The translations under genes were made by a program, and so were the position numbers. This document shows positions 14,390-27,555 of a DNA stretch of 64,000 bases, one piece after another. The stretch spans positions 62,612,862-62,676,861 of the forward strand of contig NC_057719.1 in NCBI RefSeq assembly GCF_004010195.1, read 5' to 3'. The stretch's first letter is position 1, and every line of letters starts with the position of its first letter. Under the pieces are notes generated by a model. That model did not search any database and was not told the origin of the DNA. It was given only the letters and a program-made list of their open reading frames with translations. The DNA comes from Chiloscyllium plagiosum. Taxonomy: Eukaryota.

Positions 14390-14536
14390 ATAGAACATAG
14401 AAGAATACAGCGCAGTACAGGCCCTTCGGCCCTCGATGTTGCGCCGATCCAAGCCCACCTAACCTACACTAGCCCACTATCCCCCATATGCCTATCCAAT
14501 GCCCGCTTAAATGTCCATAATGAGGGAGAGTCCACC
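14390..14536 (-). mobile_element. Short, CpG-retaining (young) CR1 3' tail
   Basis: atagaacatagaagaatacagcgcagtacaggcccttcggccc...; flanked by acatt at 14385-14389 and 14537-14541 (possible TSD). Confidence 0.75.
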
Positions 14537-14577
14537 ACATTCTTGATGTTCAGTTACATTTTCTATTTGACTGTTTG

Positions 14578-14654
14578 TATTTGGAAATTTGCTTATGTTC
14601 CTCATATTTGGAAATTTGCTTATGTTCCTCATATTTGGAAATTTGCTGATGTTC
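14578..14654. repeat. 27-bp tandem repeat, about 2.9 copies
   Basis: Unit tatttggaaatttgcttatgttcctca. Confidence 0.95.
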
Positions 14655-16700
14655 ATTGAGATGACTTCATGTTGGTGTCTGTCTGCATTGCTGGTGCCAC
14701 AGTGCAGCAGCACAGACTTGCATCTTAAATGCATCATGTAAATCTAAAGACAAAAGAAATGCTGCATAGATGCACTTCATCAAAGTGCAATGTCAAAGTA
14801 GCTGAGGAAAGCATTACAACAAGTGGCTGCAGTAGCCCTAACTATATTTCTTCTTCATAAGCTGTGCGTGGTCTTTTATGATCCATATCAGAGCCACAGA
14901 ATCTTATGTATGGTAATCTGCTAGAGTGAGAAAGTGCTTCATTCCAATTTTTTTTTGTCGGAGCAACACAGAACTTTGCACTTTCCCAGCTCAGACCATC
15001 ACTGTAATATAATGACAGTCAATTTTGTTGTGGTTCACATCCTGAGGATGTGGTCTTCAACTATTCAACTGTGTGCAGTCTCAAATTAATGTTAAGTGGA
15101 TTGAAGAGTGACTCAGATTGGGCAAAGAGTAATTCCTCAGCTTATCACCATTTCAAATTTGGATAAAGAAATGTGGTAACTCAGTAAACCTCTAAAAATG
15201 AAAGGTTCAGCTGTAAAGAGTCACCATGTGAAGATAAAACAGCCTTCTCTTTCATATACTGACTGCTGTGTATCTCCAGCATTTTCTGCACTTACCACTT
15301 TTTTATTAATCTTTTCATACTCTCCGAGATGTCCTTAGCACAATGCAGTGGTATCTTTTTGCCAGGTACAGTTAGTTTCTTGAGGCAGGCAAAGCTTAAG
15401 TTGAGACTACTTATTTATTTCTTGGTAAACAAAAAGAGAGCACTGTGCAATTAATGTTGTGGTCCATATTGTTTCAGATTTTATCATTTCTGCAATGTAA
15501 TACTGACAATGTTGATGAATGCAATTAACGTTGTTTAAAAATGTCTGATCTTTTATATAAACGGAGGCAAAGAAATTGAGGGAACCAGGGAATTAAGTTG
15601 CTCAAATGGAGTGCAGATATCCAAGGAAATTTAACAGTTTAACAAAAAACCAAGGTAAAAAAAGCACCACCCACCAGAGATAGTGAATGGTTTATGAGAG
15701 TAAAACTGTAAAGTTTTGGAAGACCTTCTTTAACTTTAATTGAATCCTGCAAGTCAGACTGGAGTTCCTTCCTTTTCACACCCAGGATTATCATGGGTAA
15801 TACGTTTAATGCATGGTTTATCCTTTATTGCATTGTGGGTTCCTTTTGTCAAGTTCATATCAGTTATTTTTCCACCTTGCATTCACTGAACTTGCTATTC
15901 ATAATGCTATTTCCTCATTCAATTTCTCTAAAAGCCTGCACTCTGGCCCAAGTTGTATTCATAATTGCTAGTTCCTTTATGTAGCTGGACTGAAAAAAAC
16001 AATAGACTAGGTACAATAATAGGGATAGCGATGTGGCGAACTGGCTCACAGTTATAACTGAGATAAATCAGATAGGCAATTCCAGATATTCACATATACC
16101 CATTTAAATGTGGAAGTTTGTGATTTGTTGCCAGAGTTGATCTACTGTCACCAAAAACCCTGGCATTGAAATGAATGCATTGAAATTGGAACACTTGTCT
16201 CCTATTTCCACTTTAAAGACAGATAAATTCAGCGGTGGTGCTTGCAAGCAGAAGTGTGTTCTTAACAATGTGAAAAGTAATCATTAGTGTTGAACAATCT
16301 CTCTGATCATGGAAAATTACTCTTCTAAGCATGGCAAAATGTAAAAAGACAGTAGGTAGTGTTGGAGATTTTTAAAATGTAATTGCATTTTTACTTTTTC
16401 TGGTTCTTTCATCACTCTCCCATTTGTAATCCCCAAAGTTTGTTTGTGTTGATGTAAACCTAATGAATGTTTTCTGCGTTACACTCCCTGGTTTGGACTC
16501 TGTTCGCTGCAGTGATTCTTCAGCCTAATTAGTTAAGAGCCTTTGCCTTGCTCCCAGATGCCACAGAGTGGTGTGAGGCAATAGGTGAGTTGACTGTTGA
16601 GGGAGAGACTGAACTCTTAAAACCTACAAAACCTTTGTCTTCAAGGTAAATGGAGAACGGTGTTGTTGTATTGCTGAACACAAAATTCTGACTGATATTT

Positions 16701-17730
16701 TGTCACGGACTGGGGGAATGGGAAGGACTAATTTATGATTACTTGTCCTTGCTGAGACAGCAGGGCATTGTTGACTCCACCTTCCCTTTTCACTCTTGTC
16801 TCTTGCTAAATAAGGCTGAAGGATGTTCCGCAGACCTTATTTCTTTTGGATAACAATTTTTCAAATAAACACACAGCAAAATCGTTTAAGATAAAATCAA
16901 AGGTAGAATTTATTAACAAAACATCCAAAATGTGGGGAATTGCTTCACTGCTGCATTCCCAAACCTAAACAGTCATGAAGTTGAAGAAGACAGGAGACTG
17001 AGGTAGATTATCAGCTAAAGGTTTTAGTAAACCAGAAGCGTTAAAAATCATTTCACACAGGTTTTATAACTTCCTAGCATAAGTGTCCAATAATATTACA
17101 TTCAATGAGCCAGACCTGTGAGTTGTCTTTATTTCAGGCAGAATGTAGGCTTATTTCCATCCAGCAGCTGAGAGGCTCCCATGCAGGCTGCCAACTCAAC
17201 CTGAAGTGCTGTTCCATCCCAGGAGGTCAAACAGTAATTGACTTAGAACTTTAGAATTGTATACTTAAGCAGTTCAGCCAGTTCTGATTTTAGATCTGTG
17301 ACAAGGACAGGCATTTCAGGAGCTGATGAGCCATCTCTTGGGTTCCTTGGAAGATCATTAAGCTAACAGCGCAGCTTTTCATCCCCCATCGGAGATTCCT
17401 TTGCGAGATGATGAGGTGATTTTAAAAGCTTCAGTGCCCATTTTAGCATAACAGGGTCTTGATGTTTTCCTTTGCCCAGAATTGTCTGGAAGCAGAATGC
17501 TTGTTCGCAAATCCTTTGTGCCAGCTGTAGCTGGACTGTCAATACAATGCAAGAGTCGAGAAGATTTCTGGAAGTATAATCATGTGACTAACCTTGGCCA
17601 TTTTATCAGTTCAACAAGATTGCCCATTTCCTTACGAAACCGAATTTAGGAAAAATGTAGGAAAATTCAGTTTGCTGTGGGACATTTCTCTTCATTCCCT
17701 CTGTGAGGATCCAGATCAAAACATTTGACA
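16701..17730 (-). mobile_element. Possible solo LTR
   Basis: Begins TGTCA and ends TGACA (alternative end tctgtgaca at 17303); has a minus-strand AATAAA near 16910. Flanks attt/aatt give only an imperfect TSD. Confidence 0.3.
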
Positions 17731-17741
17731 AATTCTGAACT

Positions 17742-18485
17742 CCATAAGACATAGGAGCACAATTAGGCCATTTGGCCTATCTAGTTTGCTTCACCATTCA
17801 ATCATGGCTGATATATTTCTCAACCTTCTTCTCCTGCCTTTTTCCTCTATCCCTTACCAGTCAAGAACCTAACTATCCCTGCCTTAACTAAACTCAATGA
17901 CTCAGCCTCCACAGCCCTTTGCAGCAATGAGTCCCACAGATTCACCACCCTGTGGCTGAAAAAAATCCTCCTTGTCTCAATTCTAAAGGACTCGTCCCTT
18001 CACTCATAGAACCCCTACATTGTGGAAACAGGCCATTCGGCCCATCAAGTCCACACTGACCCTCCAAAGCGCATTCTACCCAGACACCCCCCCTACCCTA
18101 TCCCTGTAACCCCCATAGCTAATCCACCTAACCTACACATCCCTGAACACTGGCAATTTAACATGGCCAATCCACTTAAGCTGCACGTCTTTAGACTGTC
18201 GGAGGAAACTGGAAACCCATGCAGACACTGAGAATGAGCAAAGTCCACGCAGTCACTTGAGGCTGGAATTGAACTCTACCCTGACGCTGTGAGGCAGCAG
18301 TGTGAACCACTGAGCCAACTTGCCACCCCACTCTGAGGCCATGCCCTTGGGTCCTACTAGTAGAAACATCTGCTCCATGTCTGCTCTATCCTGGCCTCTC
18401 GATATTCTGTAAGTTTCAATGAGATTCCCCGCATTCTTTTAAACTCTGTTGAGTGCAGATCCAGAGTCCTCAGCCGCTCCTCAAG
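17742..18485 (-). mobile_element. CR1 3' end interrupted by a V-SINE
   Basis: Tail ccataagacataggagcac...; resumes after the SINE with ERLRTLDLHSTEFKRMRG on the minus strand. Confidence 0.85.
18006..18328 (-). mobile_element. HE1-like V-SINE nested in CR1
   Basis: Homologous to the copy at 27262; flanked by cactc at 18001-18005 and 18329-18333. Confidence 0.85.
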
Positions 18486-19483
18486 GAGTCCAAGTTGGCA
18501 ACATGCTCTTTGACACGCGTGTTGTAGTCCTGAATTATGATTAGTGATGGTAGTTGCTCCTGTTTTTTTCCAACATACGACTGTGCAGGAATCTCTCCCA
18601 CTCCGTTCCAGTGTTGGGAGAATTTGCAGGTTGATACTTAACCTGTTTGATAGCATAATGAGTACACGTTCCTTGGCCACTCAGTCCTGGAGTGGGACTT
18701 AAGGCTGAAACCTCTGGCTCAGAAATACCAGTGCCACCCACTGTGCCACAAGACCTCCATATCCAGCTCAGAAAAAGGGAACAGCAAACTTAATCTTGAG
18801 CAGTATCTTAGTGCAACAAGGTCACAAAAGACTTGACATTGTAAAATATGCGATTATGCTCATTACTATTTTCGTCCCATTCAGCCTGTGTTTTTGAAAT
18901 AGCATTTGTTGTTTGTGAATATGTTAATAGCAGCATAGATTCCACTGAATGTATTTATAAAGTCTTTATCTCTTGCTATAAATATCTGTGTCACAATAAA
19001 ATGTACTTCCTCCTGCGTTATATAAAGTTGGAGTGAATTGGAGTGATGCATAACTATTAGTATCAGATACTGACCCTAGAATTCACTGTCAGTCGGATGC
19101 AGTTCCAAATATATACAGCAGGTAGAATGTGCAAATGCAATGTGCTAGGTCTAACACACTTCAGTGATCAACCAGGAAAATCTCCCCTCATGTTTGGTTT
19201 TGACAAGTAGCGCACATCCTACACACGAGTAGTAGCATATAGAGGATGCTGAGAAGTGAAGTTTGAATTTGTTGAATCAAAGGCATGTTTCCACTTAGAT
19301 GGCACTTGATTTGGACAATCCAAATGGTTTGATCACTAGACTTGTTGCAGGTTTGTTGTTTTAATAGTCATTTCATTTTAAAGGAAACATTTAGTCTACT
19401 ATGATTAATTGTGTGGTCTTTTTCCTTTTGGAGATTTGACAAAGTTTAAGGAACTGTGGTTTGCAATATCCATGCAGCTAAAA

Positions 19484-20135
19484 GCTGACTGATGTATTAA
19501 TATGATCACCAGCAACCAGAACGATTGAAAAAATACAGTGTACAAAAATGCCAATTATTCCATTGGACCTATGCTGGCTACATGAAAGAGCCACCTTTTC
19601 TAACCCCACTTTCCAGTGTATGGTCCAGGCTGCAGCTCTTCAGGCGCAGATTCAGATTCCTTATAAGTGAGTTGAGAGTTTTCATCTCCACCACTAACCC
19701 GGACAGTGAATTCCGAATACCTAATACCTTCTGGGTGAAAAAGATGTTCCTCATGTCCTCTTCTGACCCTTCTACCCATCAGCTTAAATCTCTGGCTGTC
19801 AGTAACTGATCTCTTCACTAGTGGAAACAAATCTTCTCTGGCCACTCTATTCAAGTCCTTCACCATTGTATACAACTCCATCAAGTCATCCTACAACCAC
19901 CTCTGTTCTAAGGAAAACACCACAATTTTCAAGCCGCGGCATTATGTTTGTAAATTTTCCTCTGTACTCTTATTGGAACAATTATGTCCCTAAGCAAAGC
20001 TGTCATCAACATGGGATTAGGCTAATAAAAACAGGCTATCTGCAATTGAACATTTTTCATTGTTCCTCTCCATGCTGTGGAGCCAAAAAAATCTAACATG
20101 TCAATTTTAAAAGTTCTATCTCAAATTCATTCTCG
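19484..20135. repeat. Left arm of a long inverted repeat (contains a minus-strand CR1 3' fragment at about 19560-19920)
   Basis: Reverse complement aligns end to end with 21022-21641. ORF pairs 19600-19884(-)/21272-21556(+) and the end of 19821-20096(+)/start of 20780-21109(-) are homologous. Confidence 0.95.
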
Positions 20136-21021
20136 TGGTATCCAAACTGGAAGGTAACATTGTAATTTATCAGATTCCCCAGGTGCAATCAGACATTTGA
20201 GAGAATTGCCTTTTCAGGAACAATCACAATTAGAAATCATGATCAAGGAGGGTATTGCTACTCATACAGCAAGTGTTCAGGCAACCTCTCACAAGCTAGA
20301 CAACCTTGGTCGTGAATGTTAAGCAGAATTATTTCATTTAAAGGCATCTGAAAAAAAATGAAGTCACCAAAGAAGAGTCTAATGAAAATGTAACATCGAT
20401 AAAAGCATGGACACAGTCACTGGGTGTGAGCAAAAATTATGCGCAACATAAGTGCGCATTAATTAGTCAGACAAAGGAACTTGCTGACATTTATTGACTG
20501 AAACTATTCTCAAAAAAGTAATTAGGAATCAGGATAATGTGTGAAAACAACTTTGTAAGGATCATGGGTGGTACAATGGCAGTTTTATATGATTTCTCTG
20601 TTTATGACTCCCCCATTAATAATGTGTGTTACCTTTGGCCTTCATACATCAGAAAATCATTTTATGAAGGACAACTGAATTAATTGCTGGAATAGTCCAA
20701 TAAATAAAAGTGCAATCAATGTTAACTGAGGCAAATTCTTCTGTGGATGCAAGGTTAACAATGAGAACAATTGAATCTTTCAGGAAGGTGGTATACATGA
20801 AAGACTTTGAGAGCAGCAGCGAGAGACCGAGCAAAGACTACTGTATTGAGTGCCATCATTATGTTGTTGCCTTGATGATGCTGGTCTTGTCTTCATAGAA
20901 TTTTCAATTGTTATCTGATTAGTGGATTTTGGTGAAGGGTAATTAACCGTAATATGGCAGATCGATGGAGAAGATGCGAATGTTGCTGAAAGTCCGGATG
21001 AAAGATCGGATAAAAGCAGGA

Positions 21022-21641
21022 ACGGGATGCTTGAGACAGAACTTTTAAAATTTACACTTTGGATTTTTTTGGCTACACAGCATGAAGAGGAAGAATGAAA
21101 AATGTTCAATTGTAGATAGCTTGTTTTTTGTTAGCCTAATCACATGTTGATGACAGCTATGCTTAGGGACATAATTGTTCCAACGAGAGTACAGAGAATT
21201 ACAAAAATATTACCACGGCTTGAAAATTGTAGCTATTTTCCTTAGAACAGAGGTGGTTGTAGGATGACGCGATGGAGTTCTATACAATGATGAAGGGCTT
21301 GAATAGAGTGGAGAGATCAGTTACTGGCGGCCAGAGATTTAAGCTGATGGGTAGAAGGGTCAGAGGAGGACATGAAGGTCATCTTTTTCACCCAGAAGGT
21401 GATGGGTATTTGGAATTCACTGACGGGTTCGTGGTGGAGATGAAAACTCTCAACTCATTTACGAGGAACTTTGATCTGCACCTGAAGAGCAGCAACTTGG
21501 ACCATACGCTGGAAAGTGGGGTGAGAAAAAGTGGCTCTTTCATCTCGCCACTATAGGTCTAATGGAGTAAATGGCATTTTTGTACGCTGTATTTTTTCAA
21601 TTGTTCTGGTTGCTGGTGATCACGTTAATATATCAGTCAGC
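21022..21641. repeat. Right arm of the long inverted repeat
   Basis: See left arm; carries a 27-bp deletion (NRVERSVT vs NRVAREDLFPLVKRSVT). Confidence 0.95.
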
Positions 21642-23734
21642 CAACCTTTGGAATACTTCAAATATATTTCTGATGACTCCATTTTCTTTCTGCATTCTAA
21701 ATCATATCATGTTCACCATTGTAAATTGGACTTCAGTTAGCCTAAGGGTGGAAGTGAGCCAAGAATATTTTTCACTCTGATGAAGAAACAAATCTTAAAT
21801 GGTGAATTTTCTTTGTGGAAGTGGTGCTGGTGGATGGGGGAAGGGAGATAGGGAGGTAATTTTGCTTGCAGCCCAACCAGAGGATTCCTGCAGTGTCAGA
21901 CAGCCCTGTCAAAGGCCAAGAGCAGATGCTGCAGTGATCATCTGTTAGAACATGTCATTGGTTGTTGCTGAGTAAATTGTCATTTATTTAGGCAATGGAA
22001 ATAGAGCTGTGGTTTACAAAATAAATAATTATTACTTTTACAAACTTATTTTTCGTATGAGAAGTTTTGGATCACCAATGTGTCTCTTTGAGTAATGCAT
22101 ATCAGAATGATCGCCAATTTGCTCAACGGTCAATGTTAGCTTACCCAGTTGCATGGAGGGAAGGCTTAACGGCCCTGGAAGAAAATAGAAAAAAAGCCTG
22201 GCTCCCCCTTGATACCCAGATTATTTCTGCTGAAATCAAGTGTATGTGTCATACATGGGAAAAGAATGGATTTGGCTGTATCATGAAAGGAAATGTGAAT
22301 GCACTTCTGTGCCTTTTTGAAAATTATGTTTGTTTTTGCTAAGCTGTAGAGTCCGAGCATGTTCCTGCATCCTTTCTCTTCCCAAATCTTCATCTCCTAC
22401 TCATAAAACCATTTGCATCTAATTGGGTTAGACAGTCTAATCAATCTATGAAGGGGTTCAAAGAGAGCCGCTGCAAATAGCATCCTTTGGTTGTTATAAA
22501 ATGGAGAGTATTGTCCTAGGTAATGGTTCTGAAAGAGTTAATGTTTGAAATTGCATTGGATTTCACCCAATCTGACAATGTCATACAGTCTTAGGAAGGG
22601 AAAAGTGAAGACGAGCTCTAGATCCTGATGGGGGTCAGACTTGTCATGTCTGATTCATACTAGTCTTTATAATAATATCTAACTAGCCAACATAATTGCA
22701 CATATTGCTGTCATGCCATAGACTATGTCAAGTTGTTAAGAAAAATTTCTCTAACCAATGGGATTAGGTTCATCCTCAAGCCGTGTAATTTGAACAAGCT
22801 CTTCGAGTAAGTCGAGAAAGGATGATTTGGTGGTTATGATGCAGTGGTAATAGCCTTAGCTTTGAGTCAGAATTCTAAGTTCAAGTCCTTCCTGCACCAG
22901 ATGCGTGTAATAACCCATCCAAACAGGTCGATTGAAAATTTATAGAAATGATTGGGGAGTGCATCTTCACACCTTATAATAATGTTTCAATTTAAAATTA
23001 TTAAGTTTCTGTTGTGGTTCTGTAAGTTTCCATTGGCCATTTGAATAGCAGCGTCATTCCCCAACAAAAAGCTGGGAATAATTGGTTCTGCATACATTCA
23101 ATGGAGAGAGGTGGTTGCTTGCTGATTAACTCAGAAGTAATGCAGGGATAAATCAAAATAAGAGCAATTGAGGAGTTATAGAAACACACACATGTATGTT
23201 ACTTATCTCTTCATCGCTCTGTCAATTGCCCTCTTGTGCAGGAGGTTACTGGGAGAAGTGAGATGGGTTGTGTGTCATTAGCTGATTGATTTCTGTCCTT
23301 CCTTCAAGCTACAGACGATATTCTGAAGAGATCTCTAATCTGTATGAATCCACCAGCTGAAGATGAATATTGACATTCTGTTGTGAAACTACTTTAGAGA
23401 TTTTTTTGTTTGATTCCATGCCTTTTATATTTTACCTTGACAGAATCCAAATATAGCCACACTGCTATTTTGAGTGGCATAGAAAAACAAACTCTTGCCA
23501 TTAGCACCTCCCTGTCCAGATCCATTCCTTCAGTCTGATGTTTACAACAGATTCCACACTGACATAGCAGCATATTTTTATTTTCAGACGTTGGTGGCAG
23601 CTCAGGATTTGGGATTTATTGCTGCGTGTCACTGGATGCACTCATCCATAAACCTGGCATTCATTTTGTAGATCCCTGACCGATCATCTGGAAATTGTTC
23701 CTGATTGTAAGCAAAATATGGAATTTATTCTGGT

Positions 23735-23788
23735 TGCTTCCACACAGGGCTGCTTCCACACAGGGCTGCTTCCACACAGGGCTGCTTC
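23735..23788. repeat. 16-bp tandem repeat, about 3.4 perfect copies
   Basis: Unit tgcttccacacagggc. Confidence 0.95.
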
Positions 23789-24989
23789 TGCCTTGCTATC
23801 CAGCTTCTGGAAGGCAAAGTATTTTTCCAATAAATTGTTGCCTGATTAAATTGATGTTTAAGGAGCGAACACCAGCCATCATAATATATTGAAAATAGTC
23901 AGCTGGATTAGTCCCAAGAAGTGTGATGATACAATGTTCATGTGTATTATAGTCAGTCAGTTACTGCCTTATTTCTGGTTTTATTACTGAGTCTGAAGAG
24001 GTTTTTTTGCATTGAATTAATGAATGAAGTTAAATTCAAAGTGTACACATGCACACTCTAATGAAGAAACATAGAAACTAGTAGAAAAAGTAGTCCATTT
24101 GGCTCTTTGAGCCTGCTCCACCAGTCAAATGATCATGACTGATCCTGTATCTCCATGCCACCCTCCTGCTTTCTCCTCATACCCCTTTAAAATCCAAACG
24201 TTTATCTAACATCTCCAGTTCGGAATGCTTAGGAGCAAACTATTTCCAGTTTTCAGATTTTCTGGAATGTATAATGAGATTAGAGTATCTAATCACAATA
24301 TGCAACCTGGAAAGCACCGTAAATATAAGTGTTTACCTGAAACACACAAGTGCCAAACATTGTAAAGCAGCAAGAAAAAAATGTGGTTCCTACTCACATC
24401 GTGCATCTTCCATGCTTCCATTCTCACGGCACTGTACTAAAATAATGCTGATGATGTTGAAGATCAACTCCAAAAAGAATCTAGGCAACTGTTGTTTCTA
24501 AACATTGGATTTCTCGTCAAGAGAGGTTGAATGCATTTAATTGCATAGTGGGTTCAGCATTGGCCTCTTATTTTGCAGACTTGTTATTCTCTTCTGTGTT
24601 TGGGTTGAAAGGTTAGTGTGTGCTGGCTGTAAGAGCTTTACCTGGACCAGTCTGGGCATGGGCTCATGGTACAGAACTGTTATTCACAATCCAAGGATCC
24701 AGGCAGCTGATACAGGGAGGCATAAGCTTTGTAAGGTGTATGCTGTTCTGAGGTTGGGGCTGAGTATTAGGATAGAATATGGGGTCCTCTGATAGCCTAG
24801 TTTTAGTGCATAATGCTGTCCCTGAGTATCTTGAATTGACCTGGAAACTTGGGCGAAGCGGCACACTACCTCAATCCTGCATCCTCTGGTCTGAGGCAAT
24901 GCCGGGTTTTGGATATTTCCAGGTAGAACCTCTTGTGGAGTGATGTCTGGACCACACTGAGCTACCGCAGTGCCGAGCCAAATTGGCAG

Positions 24990-26545
24990 ATTCTGAAGGA
25001 AATGAGTATCAGCAAGATGATTGCACTGGAGAAGTTAATGGGGCAGAAAGTTGATAACCTGCCAGGACCTGATGGTCTATATTATGGAGTGTTGAGGGAG
25101 GTAAGTGTGGAAATAGTTGATGTGGTGGTGATTACCTTCCAAAGATCTGCCGATTCTGGAATGATTCCTGTAGGTTGGAATGTAGCACGTCACTATTTAA
25201 GAAGGAAGCAAAGGAGAAAACTGGGAATTGCAGACCTATTAGCCTTGTGTCAATGGCAGGGAAAGTGCTAGAATCTGTGATAAAGGAAAGGTTAAATAGA
25301 GACCTGATTGGATGTAGTCAGCACGGATTTCCAAATTGGAAATCATATTTTGTGAACTTGTTTGAAATATTTGAAGATGTCACAAACAAAATTGATGGAT
25401 GCATTATATTTAGATTTTCAGAAGGCTTTTAATGGAATTTTCTGCAAGATGCTAGTTAGAAAATTTGAAGCATGGGGTATAGGAGGTAATGAACTGGGTC
25501 CTTGTGGACTAAGGATTTGCTACTGGGAGAAAGCAGAGAGGAAGAATAAATGGGTCATTCTTGTATTGGCAGGCTGTGACTAGCGGGGTACCACAAGGAC
25601 CCAGTACATGACTCCCAGCTGTTAACAAAATGTATCCATCATTTGGATGTTGGGGTCAAATATAATATTTCTGGATTTGCGGGATGGTGCAAAGCCAAAT
25701 GGGAGTGTGCATGGTGAGGAAATTGTAAAGTGGCTTGAGGAGGATTTGGACTGGTTTAGTGATTGGTCAAGATCATGGCAGATTATAATGTAGAAAATGT
25801 GAGGTTATCCATTTTAGTAGGAGCAGCAGATGTGTGGAGGCTTTGATTAATGGTAAGAGGTTGCAGAGTGTAGATGTGCAAAGGGACCTAGGTTTCCTTG
25901 TCACTTAAGGCTAATGTGCAGGTGCAGCCAACTGTTAAGAAACTCAAAATGTTAGTCTTTATTGCAAGAAGATTTGAATGCAGGAATAGTGAAGTCTTGC
26001 ATTAGATTTTTGGAGTTTGGTTACACAGCATCTTCAGAGCTGCTTGCAGTTTTGATCTCCTTCCCTCAGGAATGATATTAAAATGGAGGGAGTGCAACAG
26101 AGGATCACTAAACTTGTTTCTGGGATGGCAGATCTGCTCTTTGTAGAGAGCATAAACTGGGCCTGTATTCTGTAGAGTTTCAAAGACTGAGGGGTGATCG
26201 CATTGAAATTGATAAATTGCTCAGCAAGATATAAACAGTTTATGCAGATAAGCTACTTCACCTGGTTGAGGAATCCAGAAGTGGGATGCAACTTAAAAAG
26301 AAAGGAATGTTACTGAGGTGTGAGATGAGGATAAATTCTTTTTCTCAAATGGTTGTGCACCTTTGGAATTTTCTATCACAGAGAGCTGAGAGTTTGTTTA
26401 AGTTTGATTGATTTCTATCTCCCAATAGTACAGGGTTGTGGGGATAATGTGGGTAAGATTCATTCAGGTGTGATCATATTGATGGCTAGGGTAGACTCAA
26501 TGGGCAGAATAGCCTTCTCCCGTTCTTATTTTTTGATGTTCTGTT
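24990..26545 (+). mobile_element. Degraded CR1 ORF2 (RT) and 3' tail
   Basis: LPGPDGLY, KTGNCRPISLVSMAGKVLESVIK, QHGF, DALYLDFQKAF motifs with frameshifts. Confidence 0.92.
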
Positions 26546-27261
26546 TTACTGAAGCTGGTATCGCAGACTAATCTCTGTGTTTCACCAACTATTATAAAGT
26601 AAGCACTAGCCATCTTGCCAAGATGGTAGTCTTGATAATGAAAACTTTCAAATGGAAATAATCGAAAGTTGGTCTTGAAGGAAAATGGTGTGTCCAACTT
26701 TCCTTTGGCAATGTAGACTGTGGGATTATCTTGGAAGAAAAATTGATCATGCATTGTCTTGGAATCAAATGGTCTCTGTAGTTTGTGTGGGTGACAACCT
26801 CATGTTTAATCGTTGATAAAGACACAGATACTTGTTTGTGTCAATTCCCACAAGTCAGTTTCACAATTTATAGAATGTGGTCAACCTATTTTTGTCCCCT
26901 CCTTCATCATGGTGATACCTATTCTGAATCTTTGACCAAGGATGCAACATCAGCGTTCTACCTATCCTGACCCATAATGCTATCTACTGGATAATAAGAT
27001 TCAGGAAAGTAGCCACTTCCCAAATCACGGGATGCCGTGTTGCAGCTTTACATTGCATGTAGCAGAGCTTTGCCTTGCTTTAATTGGTTTTTGATAACTT
27101 CCAACAGATTACGTTCCCTGTTTGCAAAGTCTGATATGTTTAGCTACTTGAGCTACCGTCAGGTCGTAAGATGTTGAATGTTGTGTTGGAGTTTGGACTC
27201 TGTCCCTGCTTCCTCGCTCCAGAATGCACTGCGAATACTTTTCTCTAATTGGGTGGCACAG

Positions 27262-27555
27262 TGGGCGGCACGGTGGCACAGTGGTTAGCACTGCTGCCTC
27301 ACAGCGCCAGAGACCCGGGTTCAATTCCCGCCTCAGGTGACTGTCTGTGTGGAGTTTGCACATTCTCCCCGTGTCTGCGTGGGTTTCCTTCGGGTGCTCC
27401 GGTTTCCTCCCACAGTCCAAAAATGTGCAGGTCAGGTGAATTGGCCATGCTAAATTGCCCATAGTGTTAGGTAAGGGGTAAATATAGGGGAATGGGTCAG
27501 TGTGGACTTATTGGGCCGAAGGGCCTATTTCCACACTGTAAGTAATCTAATCTGA
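27262..27555 (+). mobile_element. Near full-length, low-divergence HE1-like V-SINE
   Basis: gggcggcacggtggcacagtggttagcactgctgcctcac (A box), ggttcaattcc (B box), V-domain, and CR1-like tail ending taatctaatct. Confidence 0.93.

Noticed and set aside
14578..14654. 27-bp repeats as a CRISPR-like array
   Set aside because: Units are head-to-tail with no spacers, there are no cas genes, and the context is vertebrate; this is a simple minisatellite.
27262..27335. tRNA gene
   Set aside because: The A and B boxes run straight into the V-domain and LINE-like tail; it is a SINE head, like the other tRNA-like patches (about 18690-18760, 22825-22900, 36130-36200).
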